A stretch of 64,000 nt of DNA from Octopus sinensis (Eukaryota): positions 53,444,001 to 53,508,000 of the forward strand of contig NC_042999.1 of assembly GCF_006345805.1 (NCBI RefSeq), in the 5' to 3' direction. The translations under genes were made by a program, and so were the position numbers. The notes below the pieces were generated by a model that ran no database searches, was not told the origin of the DNA, and saw nothing but the letters and a program-made list of their open reading frames with translations. Of the stretch, positions 40,379 through 53,419 are shown piece after piece; the first letter of the stretch is position 1; every line of letters starts with the position of its first letter.

Positions 40379-40666
40379 TGACTTAAAACTGTATGATAGA
40401 TTGCCGTTAATTCATTCTCTTTTACCTGTTTGTGTTTGCCTTTCAAATGCTGTGCCTTTACTGTGATCTCCCTTTTAGTAGAAGAAATAGCTATAATCTC
40501 TTTGACTGCTATTTCTAAATTCGGTGTGTGGTAAGGCAATTCGTTGCTAAACCCTTAATTGCTTAGTATTACTTAAATTTTCCTCGAATGAGGCTTTTAC
40601 ATGCCGAAGACTACTTGGTGTAATTGATAATTGTTCCAAATTAATTAATTTCACCCTTCATTGTTA

Positions 40667-40764
<98 letters not shown>

Positions 40765-41231
40765 CATGTATGTATGTATGTATATATGCATGCATGTATA
40801 TATGTGTGTGTGTGTAACTATTTCAACCCTTGAAAAACAGTTTGAAAACTGGTATAAACCACATCAAAAATCCCTTAAAAAACTGACATTCTCAAACACA
40901 AAACTTACTCTTCACTTGACACACATAATACCCCTTTAATGCAGGACAAAGTAGTCATATTTAAAACTAATTGGCATATTGGAGACATTAAAATAAAGAT
41001 CAAAGACAACGAAGTCACTTTGTTCCCAACCTTAGGCGAAAGCTTTTAAATCCTGCTAAATCGGATTAGTTAACAAGTGAATCCTAACTTTAATGACATG
41101 AGGAAAGTTACGAAATTTACAGAATGGCTTATTAACAACGCAGGCCTCACCACATTTGATGGCATTCCCAATGACATTAACGACACTTTCCGTCAATTTC
41201 ATGTTGTCGATTATATCTGAAACATTATTCT

Positions 41232-41335
41232 GGCGCAGGTGTGGCTGTGTGGTAAGGAGTTTGCTTACCAACCTCATGGATCCGGGTTCAGTCTTACTGA
41301 GTGGCACCATGGTCAAGTGTCTTCGACTATAACTT
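41232..41335 (+). mobile_element. SINE family C 5' fragment
   Basis: GGCGCAGGTGTGGCTGTGTGGTAAGG...CCGGGTTCAGTC. Confidence 0.75.
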
Positions 41336-41656
41336 TGTGGTCGCCATTCGCTCGGTGTCGCATCGCCGGGTGCCGGAACACATCTTTACGCAAAGCGGCG
41401 GACCGGTACGGGATGTAACGTTGCGTCAGACTCGGCATCTCGAGATGTATTTTTTAAAAACCTAGTGTTTGCTATGAATTTAACTTGCTGAGAGAAGCCG
41501 CTAGCAGCTGGCGCCTGGATATGGTGTGTAGCATGACTAGTGCAGATTTCTTCTGTGGCTGAGAGATCCGATATCAAGATTGATATGCCCATAGTTACAC
41601 TATCAAAGGAAGATTTATGGTGATTCGAGTTTATGCTAATGTATCTAAAGTAGTAA

Positions 41657-42036
41657 GGAGGCGCAATGGCCCAGTGGTTAGGGCAGCGGACTCGCGGTCA
41701 TAGGATCGCGGTTTCGATTCCCAGACCGGGCGTTGTGAGTGTTTATTGAGCGAAAACACCTAAAGCTCCACGAGGCTCCGGCAGGGATGGTGGTGATCCC
41801 TGCTGTACTCTTTCACCACAACTTTCTCTCACTCTTACTTCCTGTTTCTGTTGTACCTGTATTTCAAAGGGCCGGCCTTGTCACTCTCTGTGTCACGCTG
41901 AATATCCCCGAGAACTACGTTAAGGGTGCACGTGTCTGTGGAGTGCTCAGTAACTTACACGTTAATTTCACGAGCAGGCTGTTCCGTTGATCGAATCAAC
42001 CGGAACCCTCGTCGTCGTAACCGACGGAATGCTTCC
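41657..42036 (+). mobile_element. tRNA-Arg-like SINE family B (tail type 2), with 12-bp TSD
   Basis: GGAGGCGCAATGGCCCAGTGGTTAGGGCAGCGGACTCGCGG...GGTTTCGATTCCC (A/B boxes); TSD ATCTAAAGTAGT at 41643-41654 and 42037-42048. Confidence 0.9.
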
Positions 42037-43129
42037 ATCTAAAGTAGTGACTGTGTTTGTGGTAGGGGAATTGTAGTGTAGATTTTATATCTAAACTAAC
42101 ATCTAGAAAATGAGTTGTTTTGTGTTTTCAAAACTGATGGATAAATAACGAAATACCCAGTGTATGGAGATGATAACCTGTCACTTGGGATATCTAAAAA
42201 AACCGCTATAGGGAATTCAATAATTAAAAAAGGGACTCCCAGAGGAACCAAAATACTTGAAAACAATTCACACAGGCAGAGAAAATCAATCAATATCTGG
42301 TCATCCATGGACGCGCGTATCGGAATTAGATCGGTATAATGAATATAGAATTATACTTTACCAACCATTTTCCTCATCAGCATGGCATTCCTCAATAATT
42401 AAATATTGAAATATTAAATTCGAGGCTACTGGAATAATTGAACATATCTCTCCACCTAACGGTATCAGGCAGATCATATTCAGTGTTAGTACCGCCGAAT
42501 TCAAAATATGAATGAGGTTCGTTTACCTTCCCCGCCCATCCGCGTGTGTCTTCAAGTAAGCATACCGATAGAATAAATACTAGGCTTAAGATATGTCTTG
42601 CTGTCGATTTCTTCGACTAAAGCCCTTCAAGGTGATGCTCCAGTATGACCGCTGCCAAATGACTGAAACAAGTAAAAGAACAAACGTGACTTAACTCACA
42701 AAATTTACTTCCTTATCTCTGGGAATTATCTCCCTTTACTGTAAGAACTCTCAAAACTATGGTTTTGCCTTTGTTTTAAAAACCCGAGTAAAATCTTAAT
42801 CGCTCGAAATTTTATCTCACCCATGTATTTCCAGCACACGAATCATTAACATATTTGTGTATTATATATCGATTATTTATACATTTTTGAATAAGCAGAA
42901 TCGCTCTATGCCTTTCGGCATAAACCTATTATAGAACTTAGTTCAAGCTGTTTCCTTTCAGAATTCATATCATGTCTAGTTGTGTCTTTGACTTTCATCT
43001 CTCTGCAATAAGATAAAATAAGCGTCATAAACATATAGACGTCGAATCAATACAATGAATACTTAGTCCGAACATTTTGAAATAACGGGCCAAAGATAGA
43101 GATCAACAGAGACACACACACACACACAG

Positions 43130-43163
<34 letters not shown>

Positions 43164-43174
43164 TATATATATAT

Positions 43175-43317
43175 AAAATTAATATCAGGTTAAAAAAAAT
43201 TTAGAAATTCTTACTGTGGCCTAGCGTGCAGAAAAATTAGTCAATAGACAATGTATTCTTCATATAAATACAGTGTACTTTTAAATGGTTAGCTCTTATG
43301 CGTTTAAACTTTCACTG

Positions 43318-43322
<5 letters not shown>
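43175..43322. mobile_element. Truncated structured repeat between (TA)n tracts (same family as 61900-62220)
   Basis: CTGTGGCCTAGCGTG...AGTCAATAGACA...TTCATATAAATACAGTG hairpin, homologous to 61949-62220. Confidence 0.6.
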
Positions 43323-43413
<91 letters not shown>

Positions 43414-43419
43414 TGTATG

Positions 43420-43452
<33 letters not shown>

Positions 43453-43562
43453 TTGTGTATGTGTGTGCGTGTGTGTGTGTGTGTGTGTCTGTGTCTGTGT
43501 GTGTGTGTCTGTGTCTGTGTCTGTGTGTGTGTGTGTGTGTGTCTGTGTGTCTGTGTGTGTAT
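43322..43562. repeat. (TA)n-(TG)n compound microsatellite
   Basis: Direct reading. Confidence 0.95.
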
Positions 43563-44577
43563 GGCAATAGCGGATATGTTTTATAATTCGGATAACCTGA
43601 TATAAGTGAGTCGCTGGAAAAAGGAAATTTAATGACAATCTCCTGCATTAATCTAAGGACACAAACTTTCATCTACTCCATAAGTAGCACCGAAAATGTG
43701 CGTTTAGGAAAACTAATTCGTTTTTTGTTTTGTTTGATTTTTCTTTTCAGAACGGCATATGTAGTATCAAAAAAATCCATGTCGCAATTCAGCATTACTA
43801 AAAGTTAATTCTGGTCCATTCTACAGAGAACCTGAGACAGCGAACTGGTGGAGAGCAAAGCCAAATGACTGATCTGAATCAGCAGTGCTTGAAGAATTTC
43901 CTGTCAGTGTGTTGAGATGGCATTTAATTTGGTAGGGAGGCAAGTATTATTGCACAACATGGTAAAAAATCTCCCCTTGAAGAGAATTACCAACAAAATA
44001 TTGGAAAAGGTTTCTCTTATGAAAACTGATTTATGTAGACCCGAGGGGAATCTGGAACTGAAATTATTTTTAAAGTAAACACGAATGGGATAAGTTAGTA
44101 AGTTGTAAGTCGGAGACGAAGAATTTTAACCATCAGGACTGAGTCTATTTATGAGAAGAGAAAGAGATTTCTCAATTGAGGTGATTAGAGAATATTGGGA
44201 ATACATATCCATACACACATGCACACACACACACATACACACTCAAATAAACGCACACATGGACGTGTTTTTATTTGTTCATATAAAGGTATATATAAGG
44301 GTGAAAACTATTGAAAAGGTTGCAAGACGAAATTTTAGAAAAATAAAGAAAGAAATAAGTGGAATGTTTTTCCGGTGAGTGTGTTAAATTATAAGGCACT
44401 AAAGGAGAATGACTCGCCCCAGACGACAGTATCTGCTTCAACACACGAACTCATATAAAGAATCTTGCAAACCAAATCCCAAAACGAAATATATATATAC
44501 ATACATTCATATATACATACATACATATATACATATATACATACATACATATATACATACATATATACATACATATC

Positions 44578-44670
<93 letters not shown>

Positions 44671-46153
44671 GTATTGATTGCTAACACCAGAAAAGCAGCA
44701 TCAAAACAAATAACCAAAACATAAGAATGAGAAACCCATCCCATTTTCATAACAAAACACCAGTCTAAGCAACCACAGGAAATATATCTTGCAAGCAATG
44801 TTATACAAGAATTTCATTGAAATAACACTGGCCATACAACCACATTTTTTTCTATCATTGACCAAACGTTTACAAGGAAACGCCAGCTCTCATTATAAAC
44901 CTGAACGCAGAATTATATACATAGTAGAAATAAAAGAAATCCTCAGTCGTTCGCAGTACAATGTTGTACACAATTTTACAGAAGGCCTGAAAAATGATGA
45001 TGAAATCTTTACTTACGCCAAGAAACAAAACTAAAATCGATGCACAGATAACTCAGCTGTAAAATATATTATGAAATGTTAATACTACTTAAACTTAGAA
45101 TATTTTTATATCCGACGTTCACAATTGTATCAGTTTTTATATTATTGCCATGATCCTTTGAGACTTATACAACACGTGGAAACAACAAGAACGTTATTAC
45201 CTTCAGTTCAATGTTTTTGTGATAATAAATAAATGGCGGTGTCCTTAGACAAAAAAAAATATAATAAGTTGTCTGCAAATGAAAAGGAACCACTTAGAGC
45301 AGGATTTGTAATTTATTTTATTTCGTTAACTCATAACTTACAAGATATATGATGCCAAGTATAGTTGTTTCTCATTTTCTCGGTTTCACTTGTTTTTATT
45401 AATCATCAAGCAGTGATTAATATCATCACAAAGTTGAACAAATTAGATTATTGCTGAGTGAAAAGAGATGTAGCGAGATGTAGAATGATGGTAAGTCGGC
45501 TAAGATGGCGGCTAGAGAGAAGTTATAAAATATAAAAGTGCTACATTTAGAAGGGAGACAGTTCAATGGGTGTCACTGTATTGGGCGAGAATTGTATTAA
45601 AAAGACACTGGATTTGAATTCAGAAGGAAGACATATAATTTACAAGTTACAGATAATGACGCAGGAGTCAGAGTTATTGCAGTAGAGATGAGACGAGAAC
45701 TTTGTAAACGAAACACGCAAAGCTCATTTGTTTAAAGTCATTTAACTGACCCAAAATACTGTGAAACGTTTACAAAGATGCAAGAAAAACTATCACAAGT
45801 AGGGAAAAGAAATGAGAGGATCGAATCACAGTATTCAAAGTTGCAAGAAAGATGCTAGAAAATTCAATTAATTTCAAAGCTTGGATACAAATATCAAAAC
45901 GTAGACAAACATGGATGCACACGAATTCACACATTCCACATCTTACAAATAATTTTATCAAATCTATGCATAACCACGTTATATTAGATAATGGATCGTT
46001 GATAAATACTGAGACAAACTTCATTTCAACTTCATTGAATTTCCATACGGAGGTTCAAGATAAATTAAAGTCGTGATTTATTAATTAGAGTTACTGTAAG
46101 CCGTTGTATGTAACATGTGCTCCTGCATATAAATAAGCTTTTAGTGTTTGGGC

Positions 46154-46197
<44 letters not shown>

Positions 46198-46239
46198 ATG
46201 GATAGACATACAGACAGATAGATATGGCAGGTAGGTAGG

Positions 46240-46308
<69 letters not shown>

Positions 46309-46737
46309 GGATGGGTGGATGAATGGATGGATGGAGGGATGGATGGATAGTTATGCAATATATGCATCTATTGAAATCGTCATTATTGAGAAGGGAATGT
46401 GGTTTGGTACTTTGTATCAATAACCTTCACTTCGATAGTCAAGACCTTATAATTTTACTTGAATCATTAAACACAATTAATAATGCCTTTTACTTTCTTA
46501 GGGCTGCCTTCGCATTATGCTTTCAAATTCGAAAATTTCCTATCAGTCACCAACCCATTGTATGTTATAACTACATTACAATAACTCTTTACATGACATA
46601 TTTGACACATATGTATACATCTACACATATAACTACCTACATACATATACACACACACACACACTCATACACACATGGATGGATGGATGGATGGATGAAT
46701 GGATGGATGTATTTATTTATTTATTTATTTATTAATT

Positions 46738-46912
46738 TAGGGGAAGGGACGAGTCGATTACATGAATCCCAGTAATCAACTGAAACTTAATTTATCGACC
46801 CCAAAAAGATAAAAAGCAAAGTGAACCTCGGCCGAATTTGAACTCAGAACGTAGCGGCAAACGAAATACCGCTAAGCATTTCGGCCGGTGTGCTAACGAT
46901 TCTGCTAGCTCA
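46738..46912 (-). mobile_element. SINE family A
   Basis: AAAGCAAAGTGAACCTCGGCCGAATTTGAACTCAGAACG...TGCTAACGATTCTGCTAGCTC. Confidence 0.8.
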
Positions 46913-47067
46913 CAGACGAAAATAGTTTAGTAATGTGGCATATAACACCTCGACGGAAAAAGTAGGTTTTCCCGTACGCGTGGGACTCGAAACCACACTT
47001 CTTTGTCATCGCGATATAAATCGACGCTGCTTAATAAAAACCATCGCAGTAAAAGCATATATATATA

Positions 47068-47356
47068 TCACGTGACCGACCAGGCTATCAGATGTTGCTA
47101 CACATCGCTGGTCACAATGCGCTTCGCATTGTTTTAGCCTTCAATTACGCCACCCCGCTGGCTAAGCGAGCAGGCCAACAGAAAAAAGAGCAAGAGAAAG
47201 TTGTGGCGAAAGAGTACAGCAGGGGTCACCACCAGCCCCTGCCAGAGCCTCAGGTGTTTTTGCTCAATAAACACTCACAAAGCCCAGTCTGGGAATCCAA
47301 ACCGCGATCCTACGATCGCGAGTCCGCTGCCCTAACCACTGGGCCATTGCGCCTAC
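47068..47356 (-). mobile_element. SINE family B (tail type 1)
   Basis: Homologous to 12089-12387; head shared with 41657. Confidence 0.85.
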
Positions 47357-47631
47357 ACACACACACACACACACACACAGAGATATATATTAAGAACAAA
47401 CTTACTTAGAAATGGATGCGTGGGTTCTGTCGTATAATAACAAATTAATAAATAAAACATATGCATATATACATAAATATATGTACGTACCTACATCTAC
47501 ATGTATATATACATGCATATATACATATATACACACATACATATGCATACATATATATACATATACATACATACATATATATTTATATATATACATACAC
47601 ACATACATACATACATACATACATACATACA

Positions 47632-47666
<35 letters not shown>

Positions 47667-47759
47667 TAAGTATATCATTATAAAAATATTATTATAATTA
47701 AGGACGCAAAATGTAGATGTCAAATATCTAAAAAATAAATATAAATTTATTCTCTTTTT

Positions 47760-49400
47760 AACAAAAGGTTGAATGCCCTGGTACTTTTTAGCCTTAAGCT
47801 GTTTCTGATGAGTTCTCAGGAAGTGTAACCAAACTTCTATCTTTACATATTGTTCTGCTGTATATTGTTGCATCAAACGCCTACGTTTCATTATGCCATT
47901 GAACTCGTCCTTTGTTACTTAACACCGATATGAATAAAAGTCACATTCAGTAATGTTTTTACTTCGGTCATTGTCTTTCAAGAACAATTTCCAGCCATCT
48001 TCCCCATAAGGAAACAGAAGTACATAATGGAGAGGGTCATAGCTTCTGTGGATTTCACTAATGTTGTCTAACTACGCATTGCTGTCTCTACACTGCACAA
48101 CAACATCTGCAGGCTTATTGTTTGGATTATTGGTATCATCTCCCACTATGATCACAGCAACTTCTGATGCAGTTGATGGATTACAGGTTCTCCCATGTGA
48201 CCCAGCAGGTATAAACCGTATCTCATTACTTATAATAATATCACCGGTAGAACATTTTCCTTGGGCAGATTATTCCTTAATTATATCAATAGCCTGTTTA
48301 AAACTTTTGACATATAGATTGTGCATATGCAGTGCCCTCTACAAGCCTAGCAGGATGTTCTCGTTAAGGTCACTGTCAGCTCCTCTGAATGACAACCTGT
48401 GTCAACGAAATATGGCTGAGCGTAGAATGGATTTCTATTTACTGCTGGTAGGAGAATTCCTATGCAGTGGTACAACTTTCCTTGAATATTGAAAGTGGGC
48501 ATAAAAGTGCTACCACTCAGTGGTCCAACTGCTAGATTATCCAGCCCAAGTGAAGCCATATCCAGTAAATTATTTTGTTCATAAACATTTGCCCGGATAG
48601 ATAAACACCATAGTACTTAGCTATTAATTCTTGGAGGTTTTGTGTATGTGGAACTTTGTCATTACGAATTTTTCCTTTCCCACAGTAGAGGGAAGTTTTC
48701 TCAGCACTCCAAAGGAAAGCTTTGCAGTCAGGGGATGTTCTGTTAAAGATATTTCCACAGTAGTGCAACATAAGACTTGGGTTTCGTTCTTTCTCATGAA
48801 AATCTGCCACATCAACTTCCAAAGTCATTCTTTCAGAGTTAGTTCTTTGCCGACGAAATCCTGATTTGTATCGTGCCTGGTTGTTTGCCTGTCGCTGCTT
48901 AATTTGTGACAGCGATGTGTTTTCCCTAGAGTCCTGTTTCCTCAGCTGATAAGTATTTGTCCGTGCTTCTGTTTCTTGTGGTGTTTCCATTGCACGGATT
49001 TTCTGTGTTCTCAGCCGATTCGCATTTCTCTCTACTTGTTTTTTTTCCTGGTCTTTCCACTGCATGGGTTTCTTGTGTTTTCCTCCGATTCGCATTCCTT
49101 CCTACTTCTGAATCTTCTGGTTTTTCTATTGCACGGTATTCCTGTCTCCTCAGCAGATCTGCATTTCTCCGTGCCTGTTGCTTCTGGCGTTTCCATTGCA
49201 CGGGTTTCTTGTATTCTCCTTCACTTTATGTCGAGACACTGCTAAGAGCTAGGTCCCTTGTCTGTTTTCTTCAATTAGCATCTGTTGTCTTTGCTCCGCG
49301 ATCTTTTGTGAACGGGAGTTTTTTCGGGATAGGTTGTTGCTCTTTCTTCTTCTGGGCATAGTGTACTGTTGAAAGCGTGAATAGTTATGACAATTATATA
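47760..49400 (-). mobile_element. Helitron RepHel N-terminal pseudogene
   Basis: ETPQETEAR-type repeats, C..C..CG.GK motif, MASLG...FNIQGKLYHCIG.LLP...FYAQ.YFVD, SEIHRSYDPLHYVLLFPYGEDGW, RLMQQY...KIE..L.FLR.HQKQL.A..YQG; frameshifted. Confidence 0.9.
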
Positions 49401-49728
49401 GAGAAGGTTTTGAGACGATTTAGCAAGTATTTGAGCCAACTTCTCCCCATATGGGGCATATACTGGATTGCCTCGTGTATATGTATTTAATCTAAGGTGT
49501 ACCTGCTTAAGAAGACTTCGCCTAGCAAATTATTCTATTTGCTAAAAAAGTCCGAAACCATTGGTCCAGCAGTTAGATGGTAAATGTTCTTAAATTTCAT
49601 TCCCTTCGGAATTCTATCCCTAATAGTGGTTTGGAATTTAACTATCCTCTCTAACGTGCAAGGAGCCCTATGAAGGATTCTTCTTGTGTTTAAATGTACA
49701 CTGTATTTATATGAATTATACATATATA

Positions 49729-51021
49729 CTAGCAGAGATACTCGGCGTTGCCCGGTTACATTCAATTGAAGAATTAGACTTTTCTGTTATATTTTCTGTA
49801 ATGAACTGGAATATCTATGTTTCGAATTTCATCAAAATTGCATATGAGGGTTATTTTCCTCTTTACACACTCTAAAAAATTGTAATCGTGCCACTTGTAT
49901 CCCATACGACTGATTTTTATGCGCATATTCCAAGAGTCCAGTCTTATTGAACCTGTTAAAAAGATTTTGCTCCTGAAAAATGAAGGTCATGGAGCTCTAA
50001 AATGTGAGAGTTAAGGCGGCATCTTAATGTCAACCAGAGAAGTTGAATTGTTGAAAATCTTTTTAACTTGGGTCTTATATCTATTGTTTGAATTTCTTTG
50101 AAAGAAGAAATATATGTTCACTGAGTTTGTAAAAGAGAGCAATGCTACAGGAAACCAAAAGACGAATGATCACAATAAGCAGTCAATTACCCTACCCTAG
50201 TCGTTACCACTACTAATTCCTCACCATCCAGGTGACAGGCACAGCCTTAAGATGCATTACGAATCTATAACAATTGGAAGGGCCTCACCCAACTGAAATC
50301 AACATTAATAAATGTGTGACGTGAGGGCTAAGGATAAATTATAGTGTCACCTCTGGAGTTTGCAAATGACCCCTATACTGATACGTAACTGGACAGAATA
50401 AATTTAAAATCTATAAATGTCCTTGAGTAACCAGTCGCTCATCTAGGAAGGCCTTGAAATCAACGTTACCATCTGAGGACTATGTGTGACCGAGTGATAA
50501 TAAAAAGACTGATAGGAGGTCTGCAATCAAATAACTTTACTCAACACTTTTCAACTGAATCAGTGGAGGCAAAGATGCCTCTCATTTACTTGACAGTTTA
50601 TGCACCACATTGCATAAATCACAATGTAAATGTATGTCAAAGCAAACTGTTACACTGTTGTACCATTGAATTAGAAATAATACCCAATTTTTATGCTCGG
50701 GTAACCCTACAGCTTCCAAGAGCACAACTGGATTCGTTATTGCTTAGATAAAATGACAAAATTGTTGGTGTAAAGTCCCCATGGAGGGGTCTTTCTAACT
50801 TTGGAAGAAGATGTAATTTTATAAATATTATTTCATTTGTGTCTAATATCTATGGTTAAAATTTCATCAACAGCAAAAATATATGAATTGTCATGGGGGT
50901 TATGGCCCTTATGTATAAAATATAATTTCCAAATTTCGTAAAGATCCATTCAGTACTTTTGCCCTAGTTTTGGATCATAAAAGAAATTACTAAAATTTGG
51001 GAGTTAAGGCTCCCATTAGGG

Positions 51022-51030
<9 letters not shown>
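49729..51030 (-). mobile_element. Non-autonomous Helitron with canonical 3' end
   Basis: Minus strand CCGGGCAACGCCGAG hairpin, then TATCTCTG, then CTAG|T at 49729-49755; 5' end probably in the (TA)n near 51030-51100. Confidence 0.6.
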
Positions 51031-51073
<43 letters not shown>

Positions 51074-51102
51074 ATATATATATATAATATATATATATAT
51101 AA

Positions 51103-51199
<97 letters not shown>

Positions 51200-51446
51200 T
51201 ACATACATACACACATACAAAGATAAATTGATAGATACAAATGAGTGGGCAAACAAAAATATGAAACACAGCCTAGTGCTTTTTTATGTTGATAAGCCTA
51301 GTACTCATTCTATTAGTTTGTTCTTGTGAAACCAGCAAGTTATGTGAATGTAAAAAATGAACAGCAATTGTTAAGCAGTGATGAGGGCGAAACACAGAGA
51401 CAAAAACACACACATAGACTTGCATATATACATACATATATATACG

Positions 51447-52033
51447 TATATTCAAAGGACAAGACCGCTAGGTAGTCGGCCGTATGCTAGAAATAGATCA
51501 CCAACGATCAAACTACAAATAATGTTCTCTAGAGGAAATTTCAACACCAGAACAATTAGGCGGGCAAGACAGATGAAAATTATGTAAAAAAAAAACAGAA
51601 TTAATCACATACCGGCGGTTTCAACTATTAACAAAATAATTACTTACATAATCAAAATGTCCGTAGTTTCGTCAGTGCGATCGTTCTGACAAATGTAATT
51701 TGAAAGACTAACCCCAGCTTTCTGTGCCAAAACAGACATGTGTTTAGTTTTACCGATTACATTAGGGATAATGTCTTAATTCTGGCGCACTAAAAATTCC
51801 GGAAGCGAAGAACTACAGTAAATAATTTACTGCGGTTAGTGCTGCCTATTAGAGAACATATTTATTTTAATTAAATAATGAGGGAGATAAATTAATATTA
51901 ATTCAAAATCAGTAGCCTAGCATACAAAATCTGAAAGATCAGAGAAAATTCTAATACATTTGTATATTCAAAGGGCAAGACCGCTAGGTAGTCGGCTGTA
52001 TGCTAGAAATAGATCACCAACGATCAAACTACA
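51447..52033 (-). mobile_element. HHR-bearing repeat: one 516-nt unit plus 71-nt terminal redundancy
   Basis: Direct repeats 51447-51517 and 51963-52033; intact HHR inside. Confidence 0.85.
51603..51682 (-). ncRNA. Type I hammerhead ribozyme with extended stem II
   Basis: GAUCGCA-CUGACGA-AACUA..GACA..UGAUUAU GUAA GUAAUUA..UGUU..UAGUU-GAAACC GCC GGUA-UGUGAUU; GNRA loop; GUA cleavage. Confidence 0.85.
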
Positions 52034-52080
52034 TATACGATTGATTTGTTTCAGTTCCTGTCTACGAAATCCATATATAT

Positions 52081-52400
52081 TGTTGTTGGCATACCTTTTC
52101 GTCTCGGGAGACAATGGAGTTGTGCATAAAATAATCTAGTCCGGCTTTTACATTTCATGTCGTAATACATCTCCTGCTGTGGCTGTGTAGTCCTATCCTG
52201 GACAAACACTCCCTCTGGCAGGTGCTGCAAATGTAGCGAGGACTTTGCCTGGCTGGTTGTAATGTCATACTTTCTTGTTGACGTATTTTCTTGTCTTTCC
52301 ATTTCTCCTCTCTCTCTCTATGTAACTCCTTGGTGTTCCTTCGTTTACGGTACGTGGCCAATCTCCACGGTTGCTGGCAATTAGCGGGAACCGTCCTCAT
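52081..52400 (-). mobile_element. RTE-like LINE 3' end
   Basis: YICSTCQRECLSRIGLHSHSRRC C2H2-like terminus, short 3' UTR, (CAA)n tail. Confidence 0.8.
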
Positions 52401-52830
52401 TGTTTGAGATGCAAACAGGGAGGAGGTGGGGACAGATTTTGGGCTGTCATCATTGGTGGTATGATGGTCAGGCCATAGAAAGCTCCAGATGACATTAAGA
52501 TGATATCAAAACCACGTTACCTTCTTAGATGACAATTTCTAACCGTAGTTCAAAAAGCAAAAACTTTCGTTCAAGAGAAAGCTGGTCTTCATGCAAGAAG
52601 AATTTTAAGGAATACGTGCAGCAAATAGACTTCTCTGGAGGTCTTTTGATGGAGTAGCCACCTTGTTTCCCTGACTTAACCCCGATCGAAAGCGTATGGA
52701 GTGTTCTGAAGCGGCGCGTTTACCAAGATGGACGGCAGTTTTCTAGTAAAGTTACGATGTTATTGTAGATGCTGCTCAAATCATAACTCAAGAGGATATC
52801 ATCATCTAGACAGGGAAGGTTATTGTATAC
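52400..52830 (+). mobile_element. Tc1-like transposase fragment
   Basis: ME*PPCFPDLTPIESVWSVLKRRVY, matching WPxxSPDLNPIENxW. Confidence 0.75.
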
Positions 52831-53312
52831 GAAGGATCATAATCAAAGATTAGGATCTGTATGACATCATAATCCCATGATTATTTTCATTCGAATGTTT
52901 TATGCTTACCATTAAATCCTTTATGAATGATTTCTTTTTTGTTAAACCTTTATTGTTGAATTAAATAAATGTTTGTTCCGACACAATTATCGATTTTATT
53001 ATACTTGCCTAATAATTCGTGTCGGTGAAAACGTTGCCTAATCACAAAAACTGGCCACCATTTAATTTTAACAGAAGTGCACAGATAGATGTTGCCAACA
53101 GTCAGTGAGAACAACAACTGGTTTTGAACGAATATACATTTATTTAATGGGAGAAGGTTGATTTGCAGTGTATATATAATTTCATCTTTGTTAGCACTGT
53201 TTTGAGAGGCCAGTCTCAGGGAAACTTTTAAGTAAATAACTAAACTCAATAAAAGATAGTACGTAGACAGACATACTTGCGCATAACAGACACAAACACG
53301 CAATGATATATA

Positions 53313-53419
<107 letters not shown>

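Larger units (their letters stand above)
37301..40668 (+). repeat. Tandem array of a 585-587 bp HHR-containing unit (about 4.8 copies, 37869-40668) preceded by one inverted near-complete copy (37301-37868); retrozyme-like
   Basis: Near-identical units; strand switch at 37868/37869 (GCCTCATT|TCGCTCTG); (TA)n on both sides. Confidence 0.95.

Noticed and set aside
37869-40668. CRISPR array or plain satellite
   Set aside because: No unique spacers, eukaryotic context, and each unit carries a ribozyme fold
41657-41730. tRNA-Arg gene
   Set aside because: No proper acceptor stem; continues into a SINE body with a TSD
41340-42520. Possible Gypsy integrase remnant around the SINE
   Set aside because: Only vague motif resemblance, not supportable without a profile search
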